IMG/VR virus record: IMGVR_UViG_3300021124_000017
Location: 1-34,980 of that record
DNA from: a virus
Taxonomy: Duplodnaviria > Caudoviricetes
DNA length: 34,980 nucleotides
Reading direction: 5' to 3' (one strand)
The translations under genes were made by a program, and so were the position numbers. The notes beneath the pieces are model-generated. The model saw only the letters and a list, made by a program, of their open reading frames with translations. It was not told the DNA's origin and searched no databases. Positions 8,118 through 17,201 of the stretch are shown piece by piece (the stretch's first letter is position 1; the number at the start of each line of letters is the position of its first letter).

Positions 8118-8881
8118 TTATCTGTTTTTGTATGATAATGCCCACATGAATTGCATTGGTATTGTATTTTCTTTAACCCCGTAGCCGTTGCCCTCTTATG
8201 AGCTATCTTCAAATCATCGCTGCCACATTCAGGACACGAACCTCTATCTTGTCCGTAAATCACTCCGTAATGCGTTTTAGGTGTCATGTGTCCTCGTAAG
8301 CACAAAAACACTTTCTCTAATAACACAACATCTTTTTTGCAATATTTAATCATTGCTTCTAATGCTTTCTTATCGTTGTGTAAGCATATATCTTTCCATA
8401 AAACAAACTCGGTTTTTATTTTTTGCCCGATGCCTAAAAAATCAGCGATATAATTAAGACGATTAGAATTAAATCTAAATTTCTGACGAGCCACTTTAAG
8501 CGTGTCTATTGTTGTGTAATTGGGAAACATTTTAATCTTATGGAAAAGACAACGAGTTCTGATCCACGCTAAATCAAATTTATCTCCGTTATGCCCTACT
8601 AATTCATCTGCAACATTAGCCACTTCAATAAACTTCATTAAAAGCAGCTTATCGTTTTGCTTAGAATCCCAATGTAAATAGTAAACCTCTTTTTCATCTT
8701 CCCACTTGTAACAAATACAAATAATCGCACGTTCCTTGATGATGTTAGCGTAGTCAATGTTTTTCTTGTAACCCGCTTCCCAAAACAAACCCACATTTGG
8801 CGAAGTTTCGATGTCGAAGAATAATCTTCTGCGTGTAGTTTTTAAATCTTTTTCGGTTTTCCGCTTTGATTTAACTATCAT
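8114..8881 (-). CDS. DEDD 3'-5' exonuclease (RNase_H_2/YprB-like) with C-terminal zinc ribbon
   Basis: FFDIETS, HNGDKFD and YCKKDV Exo I-III motifs; CPECG...CNSCG. Confidence 0.85.
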   Translation of the reverse strand: MIVKSKRKTEKDLKTTRRRLFFDIETSPNVGLFWEAGYKKNIDYANIIKERAIICICYKWEDEKEVYYLHWDSKQNDKLLLMKFIEVANVADELVGHNGDKFDLAWIRTRCLFHKIKMFPNYTTIDTLKVARQKFRFNSNRLNYIADFLGIGQKIKTEFVLWKDICLHNDKKALEAMIKYCKKDVVLLEKVFLCLRGHMTPKTHYGVIYGQDRGSCPECGSDDLKIAHKRATATGLKKIQYQCNSCGHYHTKTDK

Positions 8882-8904
8882 AAATTTAATTTCGTTTAAA
8901 CGAA

Positions 8905-9417
8905 TTATGCTTGAAACTTAATAGCATCAAGTCTGTTAATCCAACCCTTATAAAATTTATTTTGTACCGGATTAGATGCCACTATATTATTATAGCGCAC
9001 CAATCTTTTATTATAAAGCTGTTTGTATAATTCTTTGCCATCGAAAGCCATCATTGCATTGAATGTATTATTACCAAACAACCCATCATCAGTAACACTT
9101 ACAATCTGTTGTATGTACTTTGTAATTACATTACCTTGATTTAATCTACTATCTACCAAAAACATAGCAAGAGATTGATTAGGTATTTCATCGGCTCTGT
9201 AATAATCCCAATACAATTTTTTAAGAATAATACCCGCTTCATCTATTGTCATATTTTTAACTGCATCACAAGTAAGATTAGGATTGTTGTAATACTTTTT
9301 TAAATCATCAAGCGTTAAACCTACTTTGGTGCATCCACCTACATCTACTGCATCATTTTCATAAACAACACCCTCGAGTTTTTGCTCTATCGGAAAGTAT
9401 AAATTAAAGTCAGCCAT
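8905..9417 (-). CDS. Endolysin, glycoside hydrolase family 108 with C-terminal PG-binding domain
   Basis: EGVVYENDAVDVGGCTKVG catalytic region, DGLFGNNT, and QNKFYKGWINRL C-terminus. Confidence 0.88.
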   Translation of the reverse strand: MADFNLYFPIEQKLEGVVYENDAVDVGGCTKVGLTLDDLKKYYNNPNLTCDAVKNMTIDEAGIILKKLYWDYYRADEIPNQSLAMFLVDSRLNQGNVITKYIQQIVSVTDDGLFGNNTFNAMMAFDGKELYKQLYNKRLVRYNNIVASNPVQNKFYKGWINRLDAIKFQA

Positions 9418-9450
9418 ATTATTTAATCAACTTTTTAAGTTCATTTGCTT

Positions 9451-10047
9451 TTAATGCGTTGTAAATTTCTTCGCTGTACTTTTTACATAAGCACCGTAAA
9501 CAACTGCAATCAAACTAATCCCCGCAATGATTAATAAAACAGTATTGCTCTTGCTTTCTTTTTTCTCATCCTTATTCTTTACCGTTTCTTTTACATGGGT
9601 GCTATCTGTGCTTTTAAGTACATTAGTTTGTACGTTATTGTGTACACTATCACTCACATTCTTTGCGCTTATTTCTATTGAGGATATGGGTTTATGTGCC
9701 AAATCAACTAAGTGAGAGATAAAGTCCGTTGCAATAGAGTAGTGTTGTGTGGTATCATTCCCATTTTGGGAACTTGTCGGTATTTCCGATTTGTTGGTAT
9801 CAAAAGTTATCTTAACATCCACATCACCCGCTTTTAATACTTCGCCCCAATCAATGACTTTTTGTGTTTCTTCTTTCTTAATAACCGTTGTACTATCAAT
9901 GCTTTTCTTTTCTACTGTTAATGATTTTTGTACCGTTCTGCATCCGGTAATAGAAAAGAATAATCCTAACAAGAAAACAGCAACAATAAATATCACTACA
10001 ATCTTTAAAAATATTTGAATGATGGTATCTTGTGTTTCTTGCTTCAT
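9451..10047 (-). CDS. Lipoprotein with C-terminal TM, candidate unimolecular spanin
   Basis: Hydrophobic N-terminus ending ITG-C, hydrophilic middle, C-terminal TM VLLIIAGISLIAVVYGAYV; adjacent to the endolysin. Confidence 0.6.
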   Translation of the reverse strand: MKQETQDTIIQIFLKIVVIFIVAVFLLGLFFSITGCRTVQKSLTVEKKSIDSTTVIKKEETQKVIDWGEVLKAGDVDVKITFDTNKSEIPTSSQNGNDTTQHYSIATDFISHLVDLAHKPISSIEISAKNVSDSVHNNVQTNVLKSTDSTHVKETVKNKDEKKESKSNTVLLIIAGISLIAVVYGAYVKSTAKKFTTH

Positions 10048-10361
10048 AATCTAAGTAGTTTTGAATAAAACAATTCAAACCACACCGACCACCAAATGAA
10101 CATTAAAGGAATATCAATCCATCCTGTAATTGTCTTATAGTAATATATGGATAAGAAAAGAAAAAACAAGTAAGCATACTTCACGATGTGCCAAGCATCT
10201 AACTCCACAATACCAAAAAACTTCTTATGATAATTCCATGAATAAGCAGGATTCCAAAAGTATTTATTCCAATTATGGAAAACTGAAATTTCATAATGGT
10301 CTTTTAAGGTGTCCATTATTGCATCGCAGATAGCTGCTAATGCTAAGAATAATACCCACAT
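10044..10361 (-). CDS. Membrane protein in lysis region
   Basis: Trp/Phe-rich with about 3 hydrophobic segments. Confidence 0.7.
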   Translation of the reverse strand: MWVLFLALAAICDAIMDTLKDHYEISVFHNWNKYFWNPAYSWNYHKKFFGIVELDAWHIVKYAYLFFLFLSIYYYKTITGWIDIPLMFIWWSVWFELFYSKLLRL

Positions 10362-10374
10362 AGGAAAAAGTTTA

Positions 10375-10392
10375 AGCCCCGATGAAGGGGCT
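10375..10392 (-). terminator. Hairpin, possibly a weak terminator within the lysis cluster
   Basis: AGCCCC-6nt-GGGGCT followed on the - strand by TAAACTTTTT. Confidence 0.4.
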
Positions 10393-10396
10393 GTGA

Positions 10397-10546
10397 TTAC
10401 TTAGGTTGCTGCTTTGATTTCAACCATCCGAAGATTAATTGAAATACGCTGTTTGCTTTTACAGCAGGGATATTAGCGAGTAACTCACTAACTCCGAAAA
10501 GAACTGCTAAAATAACAGCCGAATTGTCTGTGATAAACTGAATCAT
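10397..10546 (-). CDS. Small holin-like membrane protein (49 aa, not in ORF track)
   Basis: MIQFITDNSAVILAVLFGVSELLANIPAVKANSVFQLIFGWLKSKQQPK; TM segment plus basic tail, in the lysis cluster. Confidence 0.7.
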   Translation of the reverse strand: MIQFITDNSAVILAVLFGVSELLANIPAVKANSVFQLIFGWLKSKQQPK

Positions 10547-10570
10547 AATTATTATTGTTTGATTAAAAAA

Positions 10571-10816
10571 TTAATGTTCTTTTTTTTTAAGTTTTGGTTT
10601 GATATAATGGTGAAACCAATACTTCATAAACTCCGCTAACAAAGCGAAAACCATTGCACTCATACAAGCAAAAGCAAATCGGATAATAGTTATTTCAGGA
10701 TTTATTTCACCAAATCCATCCAAAAAATTCAGCGTTAATAATCCACTTCCACCACCAATCAATGCGCTGTCGGGTTTTATTCCACCACTAAAAACTTGGT
10801 TAAAAAAATCTCTCAT
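10571..10816 (-). CDS. Putative holin or membrane protein
   Basis: Two hydrophobic segments and a basic C-terminus; first gene of the lysis cluster. Confidence 0.55.
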   Translation of the reverse strand: MRDFFNQVFSGGIKPDSALIGGGSGLLTLNFLDGFGEINPEITIIRFAFACMSAMVFALLAEFMKYWFHHYIKPKLKKKEH

Positions 10817-10842
10817 TGCTTCTACTTTTACTTGTTATGGTT

Positions 10843-11103
10843 TTATTTTTTTTCTTTAGGTTTATCTGCAACTACTTTTTCTCTCGGCACTAACTTAGCG
10901 TTCTGATACAAGGGTGCTAAGATGTTTGATAATATCAACTGACCTGACTTTGTTTGACCGTTGATATTTTCTTGAATTAATTGTACTACATTCTTAAAAC
11001 TTGTACTATCCATTTCAATCCTTACAATCAAACTATCCTGCTTCTGACTAAAACTTTTTGCGCTTAAAAAAGCGACTAATAAAATCATTATGATTTTTTT
11101 CAT
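10843..11103 (-). CDS. Small signal-peptide protein of the fibre module
   Basis: N-terminus MKKIIMILLVAFLSAKSFS|Q. Confidence 0.75.
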   Translation of the reverse strand: MKKIIMILLVAFLSAKSFSQKQDSLIVRIEMDSTSFKNVVQLIQENINGQTKSGQLILSNILAPLYQNAKLVPREKVVADKPKEKK

Positions 11104-11462
11104 TGTTTAAAATTTATGGTTTTTAAATATTTATTTCGAGTGTAATAGATTAACCAAATTGCTGTTGCATCCCATGCCTTATAATCATCGCCTGTTAAAT
11201 CAAAGTGTCTTACTGCGATGAGATTTTTATTTACATCAAGTAAGTACCATTCAACAGTACATTTATTACTAAGGTTGTCGTTTAGTGTCTTGCAGCCTAA
11301 CCAACCCGCACCTGCTGTATCTGTTAAGTTCCATTGAATAGTATCAATTTTAGCTACTGATAATTCGTGAAAAGAAGTATCAAGTACAGGATGATTGGTT
11401 GTGTCCTGACTGAATGATTTTGTACCTACTAAAAGAAAGATGATAAAGATTATTTTTTTCAT
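11100..11462 (-). CDS. Signal-peptide protein of the fibre module
   Basis: N-terminus MKKIIFIIFLLVGTKSFS|Q; two Cys in the mature part. Confidence 0.75.
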   Translation of the reverse strand: MKKIIFIIFLLVGTKSFSQDTTNHPVLDTSFHELSVAKIDTIQWNLTDTAGAGWLGCKTLNDNLSNKCTVEWYLLDVNKNLIAVRHFDLTGDDYKAWDATAIWLIYYTRNKYLKTINFKQ

Positions 11463-11464
11463 AA

Positions 11465-12397
11465 TTAATTATTGATATAGTTTTGAGTTGAAGATGTTGA
11501 AGGGCTTATTCCTATAATAGTACATCCTGTCACTGTACCGCCACCAGGAGCAGTACCACTACTTATATTTACTGTATGACTACCATTACTTAATGTTCCT
11601 GATACTGTCCACGTATCTCCGTAATTATCTTCAAATTGAAGTGTGATTGTTACATTGGTATCAACATTTACTGTTGTTGTATTTCCTGAATTGCTATAAC
11701 TACTTACTGTTGTTGTTGAAGAATTTGAACCTGTGCCGTAACTGTCAATATGTATATAAACATCTGTTAATCCACCGCTGCAATTAGTAAGATTACTCAC
11801 TACTGCACTACCACTAAGATTAAACCATTGACCATCTTTAAAGAAATAATTTCCTGTTCCTGCGCCTCCTGTACCATAAGCCATTGGAGTTATACCACAA
11901 ATATCAGCATATAATGTAGTTCCATTTCCAAAAGTACCATTGTAGTAAAAAGTATATGTAGAACCTCCCGAATGAGTACAAGCATCGGAAGACGAAGTCC
12001 ATCCCCAAACATAACCAGGACCGTCACTACCTAAATAATAAATTATTCCTGTATGTAATTGTGCCGTACCGCTTGCAGTTAATGAGCGTTTTGTAACAAA
12101 TGAAGTTCCGTAGGGAAGTGCTAAATAATAGCTATTTCCTTGGTCTATACAAATTAAAGAAGCTGCGCCATTTTTAGTTACAAATGTATTATCACTTGGA
12201 ATAGTTGCAATAGCAACAAAATCACCATGATAAACTGCTGACTTCAATACATTATTAGTTACAAAATCAGTAGGATTAAGAGCAGCGAAACTATCGCTGT
12301 ACACTATTTTTGCAGGTGCAACGTTTGGTTGCTTGCTCCCGCAAAAAACAACCAACAATGAAAGACAGACGGTTATTGATAAGATTATTTTTCTCAT
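11465..12397 (-). CDS. Exported (possibly lipidated) Gly/Ser/Thr-rich beta protein, candidate receptor-binding subunit
   Basis: N-terminus MRKIILSITVCLSLLVVFC; five further Cys; directly downstream of the tail fibre. Confidence 0.65.
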   Translation of the reverse strand: MRKIILSITVCLSLLVVFCGSKQPNVAPAKIVYSDSFAALNPTDFVTNNVLKSAVYHGDFVAIATIPSDNTFVTKNGAASLICIDQGNSYYLALPYGTSFVTKRSLTASGTAQLHTGIIYYLGSDGPGYVWGWTSSSDACTHSGGSTYTFYYNGTFGNGTTLYADICGITPMAYGTGGAGTGNYFFKDGQWFNLSGSAVVSNLTNCSGGLTDVYIHIDSYGTGSNSSTTTVSSYSNSGNTTTVNVDTNVTITLQFEDNYGDTWTVSGTLSNGSHTVNISSGTAPGGGTVTGCTIIGISPSTSSTQNYINN

Positions 12398-15366
12398 TTC
12401 TGCGTTGTTTTAATTGCGTTCAAAGTCATTTTATTAAGTATCTCTAATTGCTTTACTGCTTTTTCCAATGCCTTTACTCTTTCTTTTAGTTCGTTAATTT
12501 CCATGTTCTGTAAATCGTCATACATGATAGCCTTAGTGCCTTGCTCATTCGTTAATACTAAATCGGGATAATACTTTTCAACTTGCTGTGCAATGTTTCC
12601 ATATCTCAATCTGTTTGGGTTGTCTTTCATGTTGTATTGAATAAAATCAATGCTGTCAAGAATTGAAATGTTAGGATTGTAAACGATGTTTGTTTTTAGC
12701 CGAATATCTGAAGTACCTGCGCCACCGCTTGCTGTTAAGTAGCCTGCAACATTCATGGTACTATTTGCATACACAGCCCCTGCAATACCTACACCACCGC
12801 TTACTACTAATGCACCTGTTGTATAAGATGATGATGCTGTTGTTCCGCTTAATGTTGCACTTGTACCACTTAATGCACCTGTAAGTGTTCCGCCAGTTAA
12901 AGGCAAATATGTACTTGCAGCAGATGATGTTGTAAGGTAAGTGCTGTTATCATAGCTTATTGTTCCACTGCTCATTTTTAAAAAGCCTGTACCGTTAGAT
13001 GAACTTATCACACCACTTGAATTGTTCGTGAGAACTCCTGCGGTTGCGAAAGTAGAACCAACAATAAAGGTTAAATTCGTTGAAGCACTTAATGTAATAC
13101 CATTTGAGTATGATTGTATTCTTAAATTTCTTAAAGCACCACTTCCTGTAACCATTGATTCCGTTCCAATAATTGATTCATAAGAACCATTTCCTTGAAA
13201 TGCTAAACCCGCACCATTTGTAGTTCCTGTCCCGCCATTTATTATTGGATATACTTGACCTGAACCATTACCAAAGACATTATTAGCACCTGTAAAAGTA
13301 TTATTCACATTCACATAAGCCCCATTAGTAACCGTTCCTGCATTACCATCAATTGAAATACCTGTTAATGATTGAGAAGCACTTGAACGGTTTAAAGCGA
13401 TTGAAGTTGTTCCTAAATAAAATGATGATGATGGTGTAGTAATGGCACTCCAACTTAAATTACCACTTCCATCTGTACTTAATCCATAACCATTAGTTCC
13501 TGCTGTATTAGGTAGGGTAAGGGTATATGTTCCTGCTGCTGATTGAGTAGCTAATGTTACTGTACCGCTTGTTGCACCTTTAAAATATAAATTAGCACTT
13601 GCATCAAACCCAATTCTGTCTGTACCATTTAATCTCCCCATAAATATTGGTGCTGATTGGTCGCCATTGTCTGCTATTAAAGCTGCTGATGCGTAAGTAG
13701 GGGCTGTATTTCTTAATGTAAAATAACCACCTATTTGTATTGGAGAAGTGTTTGTATTTCTACCCATTCCTAATACGCCTATATTTGTAGCCGAATTTTT
13801 GCCTTGTACAGCTTTGCCCATCACTCCAATATTTAAACTTCCCGCACCTGCTTCCATATTACCACCTAAGTTAAGACCTGTATTAGTACCGTATGAATAA
13901 GCATTTAGCCCCAAGTTTCCGAGTGGATTTACTATTGCAGTTCCCCATTTCAAATCATTACCTGTTCCACTACCGTTTAAATCACTTTCAAATCCAACAG
14001 ACGATGAACTTCCTGAATAACCTGAATAATAAGTATATAACCCTATATTTGCTTGACTTGAATTACTTGATGTTGAATTATTGAAATAACTACCGATTGT
14101 TGTCCCCGACATACTTGTAGGCAATGTTGCATTTACTCTAATTGCATTGTTAGATGTAGATGTACTTACAGTAAAAGTTGTTGGTGCAGTCCAAGTATTT
14201 GAGTTAGCAAGGTTAATTCCCCATGTACTTGCTGATGAACCATTGTAAGAAGATGCACCTGAACTATTTGTTAATGTAGCATCAAATGAATGTGTAGCAA
14301 GATTAGAACCTAATGATACACCGCTTATAGTTGAATTGGCTAAGTAACTATTTGAAATAGCAGTACCATTCCAAACACCTGTTGTTATTGTTCCTAAAGT
14401 GGTTGTATTGGTTGTTCCTGTGTATTTATTTAATTGATTAAGTACATTATTTTTTGTTGATAATGCTGTACTATCTACTGTTACACTTCCTGTTGCTGAA
14501 CCATTGTAAGACAAAGTAGATATACCATATCCATTCGATAATGCGTTTAAATTGCTTCCTAAACTTACCCCCGATATTGTACTGTTCGCTAAATCACTAT
14601 TTGTAATTTTAGTTGTTGTTCTACGATAAGGAGATAACATAGAAGATGTATCGGAATAACCAACTGCACTTAAATTACTTCTCGCTGTGGTAATATTCGT
14701 TACATCGGCTAAGTTGTTACCCGCTAATAAATAAGCCCCTGTCGGCTGTGCATAAGAACGCACATAAGAACGTGCAGCAGCACTATCCGAACCCATTAAA
14801 ATATTGCCATCAATTAAAAACTGATTGCCATTTACCCATGTGTTTCTACTCGCATTGAAATTCCATAAACTTAACTGCCCACTTGCGCCTAATTGTAATA
14901 AATGCGCATAAGTAGGAGATCCGCCACCTGTTGTTAAAGCAAAGTTTACACCGCTTCCTACACTATTATTTGCTGTTCCTAATCCTGTCAGATTATTAGC
15001 CACAATATTATCAGAAATCAAAGCCTGTGTACTCCATGTGCCACTACTTCCGGCCACCGGAGAACCGAACTTATTTTGTCCGGTAAATGTTTGATTTTTC
15101 GCTAAGAACGCTAATCGGGTGCTGTCTAATTGCAATCCGCTTGTAATAGTGTAATAAGTACCATTACCTGAATACAACTGCCCACCTACAAAAGCAAATC
15201 CTGTCTTTCGGGAAGTCGTATCAGTAGCGATAGTTAATTCATTACTGAGCGTTACCGTTCCACCTGTGGAAGAACTATGTACCCTTCCATCTGCACCGAT
15301 ATTCACTTGTGCAAATAATTCACAAGTTGAAAACAGAAAGAAAAATATTAAAAAGATTTTTTTCAT
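12394..15366 (-). CDS. Tail fibre with C-terminal intramolecular chaperone (peptidase S74) and N-terminal signal peptide
   Basis: G/S/T/N-rich shaft, YLPLTGGTLTG motif, SDIRLKTNI...GNIAQQVEKYYPDLV...coiled coil; starts MKKIFLIFFFLFSTCELFA|Q. Confidence 0.88.
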   Translation of the reverse strand: MKKIFLIFFFLFSTCELFAQVNIGADGRVHSSSTGGTVTLSNELTIATDTTSRKTGFAFVGGQLYSGNGTYYTITSGLQLDSTRLAFLAKNQTFTGQNKFGSPVAGSSGTWSTQALISDNIVANNLTGLGTANNSVGSGVNFALTTGGGSPTYAHLLQLGASGQLSLWNFNASRNTWVNGNQFLIDGNILMGSDSAAARSYVRSYAQPTGAYLLAGNNLADVTNITTARSNLSAVGYSDTSSMLSPYRRTTTKITNSDLANSTISGVSLGSNLNALSNGYGISTLSYNGSATGSVTVDSTALSTKNNVLNQLNKYTGTTNTTTLGTITTGVWNGTAISNSYLANSTISGVSLGSNLATHSFDATLTNSSGASSYNGSSASTWGINLANSNTWTAPTTFTVSTSTSNNAIRVNATLPTSMSGTTIGSYFNNSTSSNSSQANIGLYTYYSGYSGSSSSVGFESDLNGSGTGNDLKWGTAIVNPLGNLGLNAYSYGTNTGLNLGGNMEAGAGSLNIGVMGKAVQGKNSATNIGVLGMGRNTNTSPIQIGGYFTLRNTAPTYASAALIADNGDQSAPIFMGRLNGTDRIGFDASANLYFKGATSGTVTLATQSAAGTYTLTLPNTAGTNGYGLSTDGSGNLSWSAITTPSSSFYLGTTSIALNRSSASQSLTGISIDGNAGTVTNGAYVNVNNTFTGANNVFGNGSGQVYPIINGGTGTTNGAGLAFQGNGSYESIIGTESMVTGSGALRNLRIQSYSNGITLSASTNLTFIVGSTFATAGVLTNNSSGVISSSNGTGFLKMSSGTISYDNSTYLTTSSAASTYLPLTGGTLTGALSGTSATLSGTTASSSYTTGALVVSGGVGIAGAVYANSTMNVAGYLTASGGAGTSDIRLKTNIVYNPNISILDSIDFIQYNMKDNPNRLRYGNIAQQVEKYYPDLVLTNEQGTKAIMYDDLQNMEINELKERVKALEKAVKQLEILNKMTLNAIKTTQK

Positions 15367-15367
15367 A

Positions 15368-16267
15368 TTAGTTAAAACTTACTGTGTTTGTTGATGTTGA
15401 TCCAAAAGCATTATTACTGACTGTGATGTAACCGCTAAAAGCACCACCACTCGCATTCGTAAAACTTTTCGATGTATTTAAAGTAAATGCAGATGTACTT
15501 GGAAAACCGTTTACACTTACACTTGTTACCGTTGATGTCGTTACAAAAAATAAATATTTATCACTGCCTAATTGAGCCAGTGTATTAGTAAGCGATGAAC
15601 TGTTACCTGAATTATCTTGGTAAACTGCCGCTAATATTTCTGCATTGGAAGGAGTGGAAGTCGCTGCCCATCCTAAATAACGCTTATCATAAACAGTAAA
15701 TGAAGTAGAAGCTGTTGCCGTTTTACTATCCGTTGTTGTTACAACATTGTTATACGTTGTATTGCTATTATAAGTAACTGTAACGCTCTGTGTTCCGCTT
15801 ACACTACTTCCCGCACTTGGCTGAGAAAAACTTTCGCTTGTTCCCGCAACGACAATAGAACTTAAAGGATTGGTAGCATTCACACCTGTTCCCGCAGCTT
15901 GTCGCCCTGCTGACCAACTTAATGAAACCGTAAATGTTCCCGATGCGTGTCTTTCATACGAATATCCACCGCTTAAAGATGCTGTCGGATTTTGGGTTTG
16001 GATTTGAACGTAATACTGATTTAAAAAAGAAGTATCAGCACCACTTAATTTTTTCCAATAGCCTTTATATTTTCCGTAAAAAGTGCTGTCCTGTGGCCTT
16101 AATACTAATTGCGCTGAATCAGCAGAAGAACTGGTTAGCGTATCTCGTACAGGTATTCCTAATCCCGCAGCAAATCGTTGTTTTTGCCCGGTGATTAACC
16201 ATGATTGCGCTTTACCTCCCAATGAGATAAATAAAGCGATGATTAAAAGTATTTTTATTCTATTCAT
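15368..16267 (-). CDS. Tail-associated beta-rich protein with signal peptide
   Basis: MNRIKILLIIALFISLGGKA|Q; Ser/Thr-rich Ig-like composition. Confidence 0.7.
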   Translation of the reverse strand: MNRIKILLIIALFISLGGKAQSWLITGQKQRFAAGLGIPVRDTLTSSSADSAQLVLRPQDSTFYGKYKGYWKKLSGADTSFLNQYYVQIQTQNPTASLSGGYSYERHASGTFTVSLSWSAGRQAAGTGVNATNPLSSIVVAGTSESFSQPSAGSSVSGTQSVTVTYNSNTTYNNVVTTTDSKTATASTSFTVYDKRYLGWAATSTPSNAEILAAVYQDNSGNSSSLTNTLAQLGSDKYLFFVTTSTVTSVSVNGFPSTSAFTLNTSKSFTNASGGAFSGYITVSNNAFGSTSTNTVSFN

Positions 16268-17201
16268 ATACTATCCTTATTGATTCCCCAACGGTTAATA
16301 AATTGCCGCTTGGGAAAGTGATTGTTCCTGTTGTATTATCAAATTTGATTTGCGCTCCGCTTGGAGTACCGCTTGTAATAATAGATTGTGCAATACCGTT
16401 TCTGCTAAATGAAATCATTGTTTTATCTTCTAATGAAGTATTGATATACGTTGCTCCGCTTGTAGAAGAAATGAATTGATAAACATTGATTGTTTTAGAA
16501 TAAATAAAACGTACAAATTCACCCGCTACTAAGGGATTATCAGAAGAAAAAACAAATGTGCCGGTGCTTGAATTGTATAAAACTTGTGATCCTGTCGGAG
16601 TACCGCTTGTTATGATTGTTCCTGTTTCAATACCTCCTCGTGTTACAATCAAAGGGATAATTCCTACTAACAAAGGATTGGTAACGCTTTCGCCACCGGT
16701 AGCAGTGTATTCAATCGCTATTACTGATGTAGGATTCACAATCAATACTCCTGTTGTTGGAGGAGTTATCGGAGTACCGCTTGTTGTTCTTGTTACCGGG
16801 CCTGTTACTTGTGCTGATAAATCAAAAACAGAAGCATCGTTGTAACTTCTTTTTAAACTTAAAGAAGTTAGTAAAATATTACCTGAATATAATACCGAAC
16901 CACCATCACCATTTGCCACAAATTGAAACGGCAAAGAACCACTATCATTACCGCTAAACTCATCAAAAATGTTATCAGCCGTAAAAAATGATGAATAATT
17001 ATAAGACTGTAACCCACTAACAGAAATATTAGCCGTTATCTTTCCTTTTATAAATTCCCTCCATTTACCGCTTGATGATGATGAGGCTTCTAATACTTCT
17101 CTTTGTTGATCTAAAGAAATATCTCTCCCTGTGGCTATTGGAACATAGACACCTGACTTTTGCACCATCAACAAAAAACTTTTTCCCTTTACTACACTCA
17201 C
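16260..17201 (-). CDS. Tail-tube-like domain fused to two repeated beta domains (distal tail protein)
   Basis: First ~140 aa resemble TP901-1-type tail tube (ISLDQQREVLEASS..GKWREFIKG..ISVSGL..YSGNILLTSL); C-terminal repeats IITSGTP.G.Q.....TG. Confidence 0.65.
   Translation of the reverse strand: MSVVKGKSFLLMVQKSGVYVPIATGRDISLDQQREVLEASSSSSGKWREFIKGKITANISVSGLQSYNYSSFFTADNIFDEFSGNDSGSLPFQFVANGDGGSVLYSGNILLTSLSLKRSYNDASVFDLSAQVTGPVTRTTSGTPITPPTTGVLIVNPTSVIAIEYTATGGESVTNPLLVGIIPLIVTRGGIETGTIITSGTPTGSQVLYNSSTGTFVFSSDNPLVAGEFVRFIYSKTINVYQFISSTSGATYINTSLEDKTMISFSRNGIAQSIITSGTPSGAQIKFDNTTGTITFPSGNLLTVGESIRIVYE

Noticed and set aside
11465-15366. Diversity-generating retroelement or invertase-type fibre switching
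   Set aside because: No reverse transcriptase, no template/variable repeat pair and no second recombinase or inverted fibre segments seen.
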